Shown here: piece after piece, positions 1 through 9,699 of the stretch
Numbering within the stretch: position 1 is the stretch's first letter
Layout of the letters: each line of letters starts with the position of its first letter
DNA from: a virus
Lineage: Duplodnaviria > Caudoviricetes
Reading direction: 5' to 3' (one strand)
Virus record (IMG/VR): IMGVR_UViG_3300020045_006508
Location: 1-38,697 of that record
Length of the DNA stretch: 38,697 nt
Program-made: the position numbers and the translations under genes
Notes under the pieces: model-generated
What the model saw: the letters and a program-made list of their open reading frames with translations, nothing else
Databases searched by the model: none
Told to the model about the DNA's origin: nothing

Positions 1-10
1 TTATGCTGCA

Positions 11-1315
11 ATGAAAAAATCGAACCGGGATTTAATTGCTAAAGCCGATGATGGTTTTGAGTTAGTTGTTTCCGCACAGAAAGAGGCTGAAAGCGAAATT
101 GAACAAGCTTTGGCCGCTAAAAAACAGGAGTTTGAACAGGAGCGGTTGCGCAAAAAAGCCCTTGCGGATGCGATTGCAAAACTTAAAAGCCATACAATCA
201 ACCCTTTGATTGGCTCTGATGTGATTGAAGCCGCTATTGATGATTTTCGGTTGGCATTTGGGGATTCTGATTATCAGGAATCGCAAGATGCCGCTGATGC
301 TATTTTCGAATCGAAAATGGTTGAGTTTGAGTCAATGCTGGCATCGGCAAAACAGCGAGAAGAAAACGAGCGAGCTGTTGCGCTGGAACAAGCGAGAAAT
401 CAGCAACGGGCGAATATTGGTATGACGTTTCCGATTGCTGAAATTTCAGGTTATGCAGCGCGTTCTTCTGCCGATATTCAAAAGCGGATTGACTGGACTG
501 CTAAAGTTGACATGGTTGTGTTTGAGTTGGTGTTGCCAGAAGCAGAAGCACAAAAACAAGCGTGTTTGAATATGCTGGCTGCTTTTTTGCCAATGGCAGT
601 GGCGCGTGAAGCGAAAGAAGCAGCGGACAAGTCAGAAGTAAAAAGAGTTGCCGAAATCAAGGAAGCTATAAAATTAATTTCTGACTGCCCTAGCGAAAGC
701 GACCTTGAAGGGCAAGACTCATCGTTTATTTTTCGGTTTTTGCAGGACGCAAAAGACGGCGGGATTAATGCGTATTGGAAAGGTGATTTTGCAGAGTTTA
801 AAAACGAAGCGGAATTAACTCTGAAAGATGCGATTGAACGGCTAACTATTATTTTAGATGGCACTCTGAAAAAAGAATATCAGGATGATTGGGATTTAGC
901 GATTGAAGAAGATGCTTTACGGGCCTCAAACAAAGTCCAGGAGCATATTGATAGTATGCTAGTTTACTACGATAGTCCATTTCACGTTAATCACAACAAA
1001 GAAACCTCAGATAAAATGGCGCGTGATGTTGATTTGGATATTGCAACAGAATCTGCTGTAATCTCAATCGTCAATGATGATGCTGAGTTTGTCGAGGATG
1101 TGGCTAAAATTATTGGTGATGACTGCGTTGATATCGAATGCCTTGAGGTTGTAGAAGTTGCAAACGAGCCTGTAGTGGATGATGTTGTTATGATTCCGGT
1201 TAAGTACCTGCGAGCATTGATTAATGCTGCTGAAAAAGCGATAGATCATTGCGTAGCCGGTGAAAATACCCTTGAATTATCAGATTCAATTGAGTTTGCT
1301 AAATCACTAATCTAA
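11..1315 (+). CDS. Hypothetical alpha-helical/coiled-coil phage protein, probably 5'-truncated by the window edge
   Basis: 434-aa A/E/K-rich ORF; frame is open from base 2 (TAT GCT GCA ATG), so the true start may be upstream; followed by a terminator. Confidence 0.6.
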   Translation: MKKSNRDLIAKADDGFELVVSAQKEAESEIEQALAAKKQEFEQERLRKKALADAIAKLKSHTINPLIGSDVIEAAIDDFRLAFGDSDYQESQDAADAIFESKMVEFESMLASAKQREENERAVALEQARNQQRANIGMTFPIAEISGYAARSSADIQKRIDWTAKVDMVVFELVLPEAEAQKQACLNMLAAFLPMAVAREAKEAADKSEVKRVAEIKEAIKLISDCPSESDLEGQDSSFIFRFLQDAKDGGINAYWKGDFAEFKNEAELTLKDAIERLTIILDGTLKKEYQDDWDLAIEEDALRASNKVQEHIDSMLVYYDSPFHVNHNKETSDKMARDVDLDIATESAVISIVNDDAEFVEDVAKIIGDDCVDIECLEVVEVANEPVVDDVVMIPVKYLRALINAAEKAIDHCVAGENTLELSDSIEFAKSLI

Positions 1316-1324
1316 CCACCCGAT

Positions 1325-1352
1325 AACCACCGCCTAAAAACGGTGGTTTTTC
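1325..1352 (+). terminator. Intrinsic terminator
   Basis: AACCACCG-cctaaaaa-CGGTGGTT followed by TTTC, 10 nt after the stop of 11..1315. Confidence 0.75.
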
Positions 1353-1379
1353 TTGTCTTTAAATAGCTGTTTAGCACTA

Positions 1380-1407
1380 TTGCTTTTTAATATTATTGCT
1401 TTATAAT
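1380..1407 (+). promoter_or_regulatory. Sigma70-like promoter
   Basis: TTGCTT (1380-1385), 16-nt spacer, TATAAT (1402-1407), then SD AAGGAGG at 1422-1428. Confidence 0.7.
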
Positions 1408-1434
1408 ATCTAAACCTTACAAAGGAGGCAAAAA

Positions 1435-1605
1435 TTGAAAACAGTAAATATACCAGACCAAGCTCACCACGCACTAAGTATGCACTGCGCTAAAACGCAA
1501 TGTCTTTTAAAAGACGTGCTGGCTCGATTTATCGAGGAAGGCATTAAGCGTGACAACGAGAAGTTAAACAAGGCGGTGAATAATGCAAAAAATCAGACTA
1601 ATTGA
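1435..1605 (+). CDS. Small ribbon-helix-helix (Arc/CopG-like) DNA-binding protein, 56 aa, not in the ORF track
   Basis: TTG start 6 nt after AAGGAGG; MKTVNIPDQAHHALSMHCAKTQCLLKDVLARFIEEGIKRD... fits the beta-strand/helix/helix RHH pattern. Confidence 0.65.
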   Translation: MKTVNIPDQAHHALSMHCAKTQCLLKDVLARFIEEGIKRDNEKLNKAVNNAKNQTN

Positions 1606-2785
1606 AATTAATGCCGAAAACAACGGCATTGCTGATTTTTTAAACGTCAGCGGAAAGATTGTAAAATGTCCGGCTGTTGAAGTTAGCTTAACCCGTAATT
1701 TTACCTCATTGACAAAATCGGCTTACTGGAAAGGCCGTGAAGTAGCTCTGGCTGGCGAATTGATTGATGTGGTTAATGCGGTTGATTTTATGGGGTGTTG
1801 CGGGGTTAAACTTGAATTGGTCGAATCGGCAAAAGAATATCCACCAAAAGCAACCATTAAGCCAAAAACAGAAAAACCTACATCTGGTGGCTACGACAAA
1901 GGAAACGGCAAAATATTTGGCAGTAGTGCGTTAAAAATCCTCAGTGAACCGGGTACAGGATATGCTAATTATAAGCACTGGTTAAACCAAGAAGATGATG
2001 ATGCAGCGCATTTTAGAATCGGTAACGCGCTGGATAGCTTGTTATGTCAAAACACAAACAAGCCTTTTGCCCGGCGTGAAAGTGAACGAAGTAAAGATGG
2101 CAAAGAAAATAACGCGGTAATGAAAGCAAAAGGATTTATATTGCTAACCGAACCAGAGGAAAATGCAGTTTATGCTATGCGTGATGCAATTATGAACCAC
2201 CCAATTGCCGCGCGTTTTTTTGATAAAAACAATCCTGATCTTGAGTTTCAGCAGGTCGAAAAATGGGATTATGTTTTAGAAAATGGCGAAACTGTTAAAA
2301 AACGGGCCACTCGTGACGTGGCAATTAAGAAAAACGGCAAAGTGGTTGCGTTTGTTGACTTAAAAACTACTCGTGAAACTACGGCAACGGGGTTTATGCG
2401 GCAATTCCGGTGGCTTGGTTATGATACGCAGGCGGGTCTGTACTCGGAAACACTGGAGCTTGATAAAGATTGTGACCACCAGTTATTAGCTGGATTTGAT
2501 TATCCAGTCATTTATCTGGCTGTATCGAGTTCAGCACCACACCATGTTTTCCCTGTCCAGCTTAATGATGCTGTATTAGCATCTGGCAATGCAAAGGTAA
2601 AACAAGCTTTTCGTAATTTTAGCGAAGGTAAAGAAAAAGAATCTCGCGGCGAATATGCGGGATTTTGTGAAGTAAGTAGTATGACTGGTTTTGATGATTA
2701 TCAAGGTCAAGATGATATTGATTTTGATGATTTAATCGAAAGTGAAGATGTAATTAACGACAGAATCAATAATTTTGGAGCATAA
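1583..2785 (+). CDS. RecE/exonuclease VIII-like PD-(D/E)XK nuclease (DUF3799-like)
   Basis: FRIGNALDSLL, R-D...VDLKTT, F..GYDTQAGLY motifs typical of phage ExoVIII-like nucleases; acidic C-terminal tail. Confidence 0.75.
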   Translation: MQKIRLIEINAENNGIADFLNVSGKIVKCPAVEVSLTRNFTSLTKSAYWKGREVALAGELIDVVNAVDFMGCCGVKLELVESAKEYPPKATIKPKTEKPTSGGYDKGNGKIFGSSALKILSEPGTGYANYKHWLNQEDDDAAHFRIGNALDSLLCQNTNKPFARRESERSKDGKENNAVMKAKGFILLTEPEENAVYAMRDAIMNHPIAARFFDKNNPDLEFQQVEKWDYVLENGETVKKRATRDVAIKKNGKVVAFVDLKTTRETTATGFMRQFRWLGYDTQAGLYSETLELDKDCDHQLLAGFDYPVIYLAVSSSAPHHVFPVQLNDAVLASGNAKVKQAFRNFSEGKEKESRGEYAGFCEVSSMTGFDDYQGQDDIDFDDLIESEDVINDRINNFGA

Positions 2786-2786
2786 A

Positions 2787-3320
2787 ATGAGTGACCATAA
2801 AGAAGTAGCAGTACAAGATTTAGAAATGGAAGTTAGTGTTTTTGAGGAAAAAAAAGCAGGATTGTTAGCAAGCATTCCGGCTGAATCTCTGGCTAAGTTT
2901 GATGTAATGACTACTAACAGTCTCCCTGACACATCAAAAGCAAAGCTTGTGTCAATGAATACAATTTCAGAAAACTTTGAAATTGAAGTTGGTGAGATTG
3001 TGGATGTCGCAGTAATGGGATTTACAAAAGAACTAATGAAAAGTAAGGTTCCTGAATTAGCCGCAAAAGGGGTCTCTGATTGGGTTCCAGTAGCAATTGT
3101 TTTAACGCGAAAAGATGATGAGTTGCAGCGTTATTCAATTGCATCAGCAATGCTTAAAAATGAACTGGCACGATATGCAAAAAACGGCGATATTTTAGTA
3201 GGGTCATCAGCGGTTATGGTTCGAGTTACAAGAGTTAAAGACGGCAAAAGCCAAGCCGGTCTCGCTTATCACAAATACAAAACGCAATTAATTAACGTTG
3301 CACTTGACGATCAATTTTAA
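2787..3320 (+). CDS. Hypothetical protein, possible ssDNA-binding/annealing partner of the exonuclease
   Basis: GGAG SD at 2777-2780 favours ATG 2787; directly follows the exonuclease; beta-rich with acidic-aromatic C-terminus (ALDDQF). Confidence 0.45.
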   Translation: MSDHKEVAVQDLEMEVSVFEEKKAGLLASIPAESLAKFDVMTTNSLPDTSKAKLVSMNTISENFEIEVGEIVDVAVMGFTKELMKSKVPELAAKGVSDWVPVAIVLTRKDDELQRYSIASAMLKNELARYAKNGDILVGSSAVMVRVTRVKDGKSQAGLAYHKYKTQLINVALDDQF

Positions 3321-3467
3321 CCTCATAACCCAAGCCAGCAAGTGGGGAAATAACACTGGCCCCGTATAAAACATAGCTACTCCTGACCGTCCTCGCGGCA
3401 GCTCAATGCGGCGTTGTCAACTTGCGAGAAAGTTGAAATAAACATTATATTTATAGGTGAATAAAAA

Positions 3468-3866
3468 ATGAACCCATACGAACATTTCAAAACCAAAACC
3501 GGAAAATGCGCAGATCCATTTACAATTGCAGATGATTATAATTTGCCTTCCCCTGCGTTTGAATGCCTGAAAAAGTTACTCTGCCCTGGAATTGAAGGCA
3601 GAACAAAAACAAGAAAACAAGACTTACAGGATGCGCTATCAACTTTGCGACTGTGCGAAGAAAGAAAAGAAAATTTCAGGCAGCCTAATTTCTTTCCTCG
3701 CGTTACAGTACCAGAAGTGCTAATAATTTATGACCTGCAAGGAACGCAGGCCTTAGCTGTTATGGCGTTTTTGAATTGGGCTTTATCTAGTTATGAAACA
3801 ATGTTATTTTTTGATTTATGCGCCAGTAAAATAGGCGTAATGCTGCTGGAGTGTAAAAATGACTGA
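3468..3866 (+). CDS. Conserved phage protein (DUF3310-related)
   Basis: AGGTG SD; motif CLKKLLCPG..GRTKTRKQDLQDAL resembles the KKLL.AG.RG.KD..QDL.EA phage family. Confidence 0.5.
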   Translation: MNPYEHFKTKTGKCADPFTIADDYNLPSPAFECLKKLLCPGIEGRTKTRKQDLQDALSTLRLCEERKENFRQPNFFPRVTVPEVLIIYDLQGTQALAVMAFLNWALSSYETMLFFDLCASKIGVMLLECKND

Positions 3867-4185
3867 AAAACACATTAATGATTTAACTATGTCAGATATT
3901 GATTATGCTGTTGTGAATGCGCAGGGCTGGTGGAATCATATTATAAATGGAAAAGTGCAAATTTATATAAAAGAAACGGGGTTGATTCCTTACCATCCAA
4001 CCACCAATCAACACCAATGCGGGGAGTTGATTGATAAGTTTAAGATTGCTACAAAATGGAATGGCACTCATTGGACATCAGAGAGTTACGGCAAAAATAT
4101 AGCAATTGAAGATTCAAGATTAGTGGCTGTATGTAAATCTTATTTGTTATCGGTTTATCCTGATGGGGTGATTCCATGTGCCTAA
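3859..4185 (+). CDS. NinX/DUF2591-like phage protein
   Basis: IDYAVVNAQG...YHPTTNQHQCGELIDKFKI...LVAVCKSYL pattern; overlaps the upstream stop. Confidence 0.55.
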   Translation: MTEKHINDLTMSDIDYAVVNAQGWWNHIINGKVQIYIKETGLIPYHPTTNQHQCGELIDKFKIATKWNGTHWTSESYGKNIAIEDSRLVAVCKSYLLSVYPDGVIPCA

Positions 4186-4586
4186 ACCTACCATTTCTAA
4201 CAGCTAATATTTTAGAAAAGCCGGTAAAACAACGCATAAAAATAAAAACTGCGCCATCGTTAAAAGATAATGCGGTCAATATAACCCTTCGCGATGCTAT
4301 TGGTCTTAGGTTGGAATCACTTAACAGGTGGGAGAAAGATCGGCCAATTTTACACGAGGCAATAAAGGCCGGATATAACGAATACCAGAAAAACCCTGTT
4401 GAAATTGAAACTGGGGATTCTTATGGTAATTTTTTATTAGGGTTTGGCTTTAGTCGCAAATCGGCTTGTGAGTTTCTTGGTTTTGACCAAAACGAAACAA
4501 CACTAGATCAGATGTACCGTCGCGATAAATTGCAGATTTATATTGTGATTAGCGGGGCTAAAATTATTCGAGACTCGCAGGCGTAA
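4176..4586 (+). CDS. Hypothetical protein
   Basis: 136-aa ORF overlapping the previous stop and ending at the bidirectional terminator. Confidence 0.55.
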   Translation: MCLNLPFLTANILEKPVKQRIKIKTAPSLKDNAVNITLRDAIGLRLESLNRWEKDRPILHEAIKAGYNEYQKNPVEIETGDSYGNFLLGFGFSRKSACEFLGFDQNETTLDQMYRRDKLQIYIVISGAKIIRDSQA

Positions 4587-4615
4587 AAAAAAGCCCCAAT
4601 TGATGGGGCTTTTTT
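4585..4615. terminator. Bidirectional intrinsic terminator between the convergent arms
   Basis: A8-GCCCCA-attga-TGGGGC-T6. Confidence 0.85.
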
Positions 4616-4628
4616 GTTTAATAAAAAC

Positions 4629-5705
4629 TTAAGTAGAGATGCTTTCAGAGCCGCTAAAGCTTGTACTAACGGAAGTGCTAGAGCTGAAATTAAGTGTATT
4701 CATGATTGTAGAAGTCAACTGGCCAAGCGTTGCGCCTACAGCTTTCTGACCTTCTGTCAGGGCGTTATACTTTCCAAGCGTGTACTGATTCATCACCTGT
4801 ACTTTATCCAGTGCCAATTTAGTGTTATTAGAGTTCAGCGCATTAACCCCGTCAATTTGTTTTATTAAAAACTCTGCTTTGCTTTCTGTAAGTTGCCCTG
4901 TTGTTGCATACCCTTGTAATTCGGCACGATAAAGATCAAGATAAATTTCATTGATTTTATTGAAAGCGTTAATGTGATTAATCAACACCTCGTCTTTTGC
5001 ACGATATAACCCGACTTTGTTCTGTTCGTCAGAGATTTTCATTCCTGCCAAGCTAGACTCTAATTGTATCAACTGAACCAGCGCGTCTTTTACGTTTGAT
5101 TGTTCGAGTTCTGCTTGTTTGATAAAAATATCACGCCCTAAATCTGAGAGCTTCGCTTTTTTCTGTGTTTCAAAGGTAATAAAGGCGTTTGCGTCTTGCC
5201 CCGGCGCAGAATCAAACCCAGTACTCGACTGATTCGCCAAATAATTATTGTAACTTTCAGCCTGTATTTTAGTTTCGCGATCTGTTGCTCTCTCGATTAG
5301 TGCTGTTTCAACTGCTGCGGCCAATCCAGTTGCATTTGTCAGGCGGTATTCAAGGTTTGTTTTTGCTGTGCCGATAAGCGAAGCAAGGATAACATCAGTC
5401 GCTACCGCATCAGTGGTTAGCGCAGGAGCGGAAGCAGCGGAAGATACCGATGGCGCGGTAATGGTTGCCGCTGTTGGTTCTGTCGGTAGCGTTAGCGTTA
5501 CTGTGTTCGGGCTGATTTGGGTAAGTGTTATTCCTGATAAGTCCTCTGGTGCTATCGTATAAGCTGAGATAGTGTCAGTTGCTAACGTAACAGCATCAGC
5601 CAGCTCCAACCCTTTTGCAAACGAAATATCAAAAATATTGCCAGTTGTTGCAGTATTAAACTGCTGAGTTAATCCAGTGTTTAACTGGTCATTAATCCAA
5701 GTCAT
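4629..5705 (-). CDS. Putative virion/tail-associated protein
   Basis: 358 aa, T/A-rich N-half, helical C-half; AAGGA SD; last gene of the structural arm. Confidence 0.55.
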   Translation of the reverse strand: MTWINDQLNTGLTQQFNTATTGNIFDISFAKGLELADAVTLATDTISAYTIAPEDLSGITLTQISPNTVTLTLPTEPTAATITAPSVSSAASAPALTTDAVATDVILASLIGTAKTNLEYRLTNATGLAAAVETALIERATDRETKIQAESYNNYLANQSSTGFDSAPGQDANAFITFETQKKAKLSDLGRDIFIKQAELEQSNVKDALVQLIQLESSLAGMKISDEQNKVGLYRAKDEVLINHINAFNKINEIYLDLYRAELQGYATTGQLTESKAEFLIKQIDGVNALNSNNTKLALDKVQVMNQYTLGKYNALTEGQKAVGATLGQLTSTIMNTLNFSSSTSVSTSFSGSESIST

Positions 5706-5714
5706 ATTTTTTCC

Positions 5715-5735
5715 TTGCTGTCATCACGATAGTAA
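5715..5735. promoter_or_regulatory. Stem-ATCAC palindromic element, copy 1
   Basis: TTGCTGTC-ATCAC-GATAGTAA (two G.T pairs on the + strand), abutting the SD of 4629..5705. Confidence 0.55.
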
Positions 5736-5744
5736 ATTTATTTG

Positions 5745-6149
5745 TTAGGCTAAATGTCCGGTAGAAAAGCGTGTTGTTGCTAACAAGGCTTTGTGAAGCG
5801 CGGTTGTAAATCTAACGCCACTGGTTTGCACATTGGAAACGGCAATATTTTCTGATGAATATTCAAGCGGACTAACCCCGGCCCCAAAACCCGCTTTGCT
5901 GATATAAATGTGTAACGTGCAGTTCAGCGTAGTTAAATCCCCAGTGATGTGTGTAATGATAATGTACGCATCGGCAACAGATACCCCATATTTAGCGATA
6001 GTCACATTACAAATAATCGCCGTTGCAAATTCAATGGTTACAGGGTTTAGTGTAGTGGAATAGTTTTTTACCGCCAGTGTAATAACTGTTACCCCAACCG
6101 CAGGCGTTGTGATCGGAACAGTAAGAGCGTCAAGCGATATGGTTGCCAT
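5745..6149 (-). CDS. Hypothetical virion protein
   Basis: 134-aa T/V/I-rich ORF in the tail cluster. Confidence 0.5.
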   Translation of the reverse strand: MATISLDALTVPITTPAVGVTVITLAVKNYSTTLNPVTIEFATAIICNVTIAKYGVSVADAYIIITHITGDLTTLNCTLHIYISKAGFGAGVSPLEYSSENIAVSNVQTSGVRFTTALHKALLATTRFSTGHLA

Positions 6150-6153
6150 GTTA

Positions 6154-6603
6154 TTAGCCTATGGTAAATAAACCAGATGCAGAAATTGCAATCGTTAGCG
6201 GCTCTGTGTCGATTACAGTCACGTCAGCCGGAGTTGTGTCAAGCAGACCGAAACCAAGCAAGTCTTTGTTAGTTGCTGTGTCAGAGTAAATGGCATAATA
6301 ACGCGCTGTTAGACTGCCGCCGCTTGCCGTCCATGATGGATTATCACAGTCGAATTTGAACACGCCTGCCGTTTGTGATAACGCCACTGTAGTTAATGCT
6401 TGACCTCCTGCTGTATAGCCATTTGCCGTAGTGAGTTCGGCGGTTAAATCCGCGTAAACTGCGTCAACAAACGGCGCAGTGCCTACAGTTATCGCCTGGG
6501 CACTGGTACATAATACGATTTTAAATGTGTCGCTTGACAAATTAATTGTGCCGTCCATGATGCTCAGTTTTGCTGAGTTAAATAAGTTAAAATTTCCAGA
6601 CAT
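6154..6603 (-). CDS. Conserved phage virion/tail structural protein
   Basis: SDTFKIVL...ELTTANGYTAGGQAL...FDCDNPSWT...ARYYAIY pattern common in phage tail regions; AAGGA SD. Confidence 0.6.
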   Translation of the reverse strand: MSGNFNLFNSAKLSIMDGTINLSSDTFKIVLCTSAQAITVGTAPFVDAVYADLTAELTTANGYTAGGQALTTVALSQTAGVFKFDCDNPSWTASGGSLTARYYAIYSDTATNKDLLGFGLLDTTPADVTVIDTEPLTIAISASGLFTIG

Positions 6604-6612
6604 TTTGTTTCC

Positions 6613-6951
6613 TTAAATTATATAAAATAGCTCATCAATGCCGGCATCATCTAACCCCAATTTTTCTTTGCAAAACCGAACTAAAATAGGGTTAGTGCGA
6701 TGAAAATAAGGAGCTTCGTTCCACATAATCACTATTTCTGCATCTGTGCCGTCATCATCTGTTGGGTAATTTGCAATAATATCTTCAACAGCTTTTAAGA
6801 GACCTTTATTTTTTAGAGTTAGTTTTGCCTGATCTCTACTTAGTTTCATTGAAAATGTGTCAATATCATCGAGTATTATTTCCTCCGACATAATATTGTT
6901 ATTTGGTAGGTTTGGATTAAACCCTCCGATACCGTAAACTATTTTTATCAT
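6613..6951 (-). CDS. Putative tail-fibre assembly/chaperone-type protein
   Basis: Follows the collagen fibre gene; ends W.EA..F.R..P......LGL....IDELF, a pattern seen in tail-fibre-adjacent proteins. Confidence 0.5.
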   Translation of the reverse strand: MIKIVYGIGGFNPNLPNNNIMSEEIILDDIDTFSMKLSRDQAKLTLKNKGLLKAVEDIIANYPTDDDGTDAEIVIMWNEAPYFHRTNPILVRFCKEKLGLDDAGIDELFYII

Positions 6952-7784
6952 GATTTTTTAATCCAAATCCAGGGAGCTGTAGTTGCTGCTGTTAAAGTTC
7001 CGGCAGCAGAAAAACCAGAGGTAACATTGACAGCCTCAGAAAATCCTTGATGCAAACCTCCGTTTACAGTGGATGCGCTCATTAATAAGATGTCCGAGTT
7101 GATGTTGATTGAGGAGGTGCTAAAGAAAGTGTTTGACGTTGCTATCGCTGTGCAGTTAAATGCCAGCCATACGAGTCCGTTGATTGCCGTTGCCGAAATA
7201 GTTACCTCAGCAGTAGAATTTGCTGTTGATATGACCACTGTTCCGGCGTCAACGATAGGTAGAGCAGGAGCATTATTTACATTGCTGTAAATTCCAAGTC
7301 TAATTGTAGCTGAGCCTGAAAAGCTTGTAGCGGTGCGGATTGCTTGAGCTACGATTGTCATAGGGTTCAAAATCGCACCATCAAACGGGACGTAGTATGT
7401 TACGTTGCGCGCAAGCCCAGCAGCAGAGGGCACTGCTTGGTATGCGGTTTTATAATAGGCTCCGCTTGGGCCTATGTCTATTTTATTTGCTCCAGTTGCA
7501 CCGGTTGCCCCAGTAGAACCGGCTGCCCCCGTTGCACCATCTGCCCCAGCAGAGCCTGTTGCTCCAGTTGCGCCAGTTGCGCCAGTTGCGCCAGTTGCTC
7601 CCGTTGCACCTGCTGGGCCAGTCGCACCAGTCGCACCAGTTGCGCCGGTTGCGCCCTTATCCCCGACATAAACAACATCAAGCTCAATATTTTGCTGTGA
7701 CAAAATCTCTAATGATGTGATTCCTCCGCCAGAGCCTTCAACTTCAACCGAGTTAGGAAAAACAAGCTCAATACTATATGTCAT
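6948..7784 (-). CDS. Collagen-like tail fibre/spike protein
   Basis: 20 consecutive G-X-Y triplets (mostly GAT) followed by a beta-rich head domain. Confidence 0.75.
   Translation of the reverse strand: MTYSIELVFPNSVEVEGSGGGITSLEILSQQNIELDVVYVGDKGATGATGATGATGPAGATGATGATGATGATGATGSAGADGATGAAGSTGATGATGANKIDIGPSGAYYKTAYQAVPSAAGLARNVTYYVPFDGAILNPMTIVAQAIRTATSFSGSATIRLGIYSNVNNAPALPIVDAGTVVISTANSTAEVTISATAINGLVWLAFNCTAIATSNTFFSTSSININSDILLMSASTVNGGLHQGFSEAVNVTSGFSAAGTLTAATTAPWIWIKKS
7485..7664 (-). repeat. 9-bp tandem repeat encoding the collagen (Gly-Ala-Thr)n segment
   Basis: Degenerate (GCACCAGTT/GCGCCAGTT)n on the + strand. Confidence 0.85.
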
Positions 7785-8101
7785 GACGTTATGCTCTGCT
7801 CAATAATAACCGTCCCTGTCTCTGTGTAAACTACCACAGAATCGGCGGCCCTTAATATTCTTACGTCAAAATACAGCACACTCGTTGGATAAGACGATGT
7901 GCTTGTATGTGTAATGGCCGAGTATTTGCCTAGTGACTCATCGGTAACCGTAATATCAAAGTAATCAATTAGCTTTCTCTGCTCATCTCTAATTTGACTT
8001 GTGATTGAGTGCCCGGCCAAATCCAGCGCAACACCTTCTTTTTTTATTTGCCCAGTATAGCCGAGAGTTGCACCTTTTTTTATTCTGATATTTGTAGCCA
8101 C
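7781..8101 (-). CDS. Small tail-associated Ig-like/BppU-N-like protein
   Basis: IKKGAT...[13 protein letters not shown]...YFDVRI...YTETG pattern found next to tail fibres. Confidence 0.5.
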   Translation of the reverse strand: MATNIRIKKGATLGYTGQIKKEGVALDLAGHSITSQIRDEQRKLIDYFDITVTDESLGKYSAITHTSTSSYPTSVLYFDVRILRAADSVVVYTETGTVIIEQSITS

Positions 8102-9699
8102 TACTTACCTCTCCTTCTTATTTCTTCTGGTTCAAACTCTATTGATTCGATTACATCGCAGTTTTTTACTTCAAGCTGCAAATGCACATAATCAATCCCA
8201 CGACCGACCTTAACAGAATGCACTGCCAACCCCTTTTTTGCTGTGTTTTCTGAGTATGGCGGGTTTATCGCTACATCGTCTTGAGTGACATGTAACTTTA
8301 TATCGCCGCGTGATGACTCGGCATTGATATAAACTTTTGAAGTTGGAATCCTTTTTCTGTGCTGACTATTATACATCCCTCCTTGCCCTGGCATTTTATT
8401 TGATTTGTCGGTTTTTAGGCTTGGCGTTATTGCATCGCCGTTGTCGGTGTTGCCGCCATATTCATACAGGCCCGTATCGTTAATAAATAATGTCTTACCT
8501 TTAAAATTACATGACATATCAAAAGCCATGTTGGTAAATGTGCTAACAGATTTATTTTCAGTGCTATACGTTACGCCCAATGACGGCAATCTGTAAAAAA
8601 CATCACCTGACAAGTGAAGCATATCTGATACGGTTACATAGTCCACAGCTAAAAATTGAACGATAGAGCCGGATAGGTGCAGCGTATCGGTAACGGTAAT
8701 GCGATCAAGTGTTTTATCCGATGCTGAAATATCGCCGGATAAGTGCAACGTGTCTGAGACTGTTTCAAAATAACTCACTTTTGGCACATAATCTGATGAC
8801 ATATAAACATATCCGTCAGAGCCAACACCAAATAACATCGAGAAATCGTTGCTTACACCTACGCGAACAAAATAAATTCCAGGGGGATAGTTATGATGCT
8901 CCCATGATGCCCCCGTATTTGGTGACAAATAAAATCCTGCGGCATTAGATTGAGGTGCAGCAAAAAAACTTGTACCAGAAAAGCTACATGCTACCTGTAC
9001 CCCATAACCTAAGCCGCTACCTAAATTTAAAACCTTTGTCCACGTTTCATCTAAATAGTTTTTTAAATAAACCGCCGTCTCATAGCCAAAACTACCAGCA
9101 AGAATACTCGAAAAGTCTGACGAACCAGCAACAGATTGAAAAGCATCAGTGCGATCATAATTAGCCTCTATCCAACTTGTGTCATTGGTAGATAACCTTA
9201 CATCTCCTAATGCTTTATTAGTCAGAACAACAGTACCATCAAACGACATTATTAAATCTGACTGTCCGTTATCGTCTGCTGTTCTATGTATTTGTGTTAA
9301 TGTTGATGTAGATATTTTGTATTTATAAATTCCGTGTGTAACATTGCCTTTTACATAAACATCATCACCGCCATTTACAACACAAACACCACCTAAATTA
9401 CCGTCCGAAGTAAATATAGATGAACCGGCGCCACCGGGATTAGCAAAAGTCCAAACACGATCAGAACCGCTTACTCGTGCAACGGCAAACATAGAGCCAT
9501 CATTTGAAATATCTAAAGTAACTCCATTGCTAGTATTTCCGTAAACCCCTCTGTAACTTAGCGTCGCACCTGCGTCAACTGATGAATAAACCTCACCATT
9601 TAAACAGCCAACAACTAAACCAAGCCCATCGCCAGACACGGCAAACGCAGTACATGCGCTTCCAATTTGAATATCGCTTTTAGCCCATGTCAAAGCCAT
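8101..9699 (-). CDS. Tail protein with BNR/Asp-box beta-propeller-like N-terminus
   Basis: YSSVDAGAT, LSTNDTSW and LSPNTGASW Asp-box-like motifs; three TV(S/T)D(T/M)LHLSG repeats. Confidence 0.6.
   Translation of the reverse strand: MALTWAKSDIQIGSACTAFAVSGDGLGLVVGCLNGEVYSSVDAGATLSYRGVYGNTSNGVTLDISNDGSMFAVARVSGSDRVWTFANPGGAGSSIFTSDGNLGGVCVVNGGDDVYVKGNVTHGIYKYKISTSTLTQIHRTADDNGQSDLIMSFDGTVVLTNKALGDVRLSTNDTSWIEANYDRTDAFQSVAGSSDFSSILAGSFGYETAVYLKNYLDETWTKVLNLGSGLGYGVQVACSFSGTSFFAAPQSNAAGFYLSPNTGASWEHHNYPPGIYFVRVGVSNDFSMLFGVGSDGYVYMSSDYVPKVSYFETVSDTLHLSGDISASDKTLDRITVTDTLHLSGSIVQFLAVDYVTVSDMLHLSGDVFYRLPSLGVTYSTENKSVSTFTNMAFDMSCNFKGKTLFINDTGLYEYGGNTDNGDAITPSLKTDKSNKMPGQGGMYNSQHRKRIPTSKVYINAESSRGDIKLHVTQDDVAINPPYSENTAKKGLAVHSVKVGRGIDYVHLQLEVKNCDVIESIEFEPEEIRRRGK

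Noticed and set aside
7344-7720. Several short ORFs with PVA/CAS/QL repeats
   Set aside because: Alternative-frame and antisense shadows of the collagen GAT repeat
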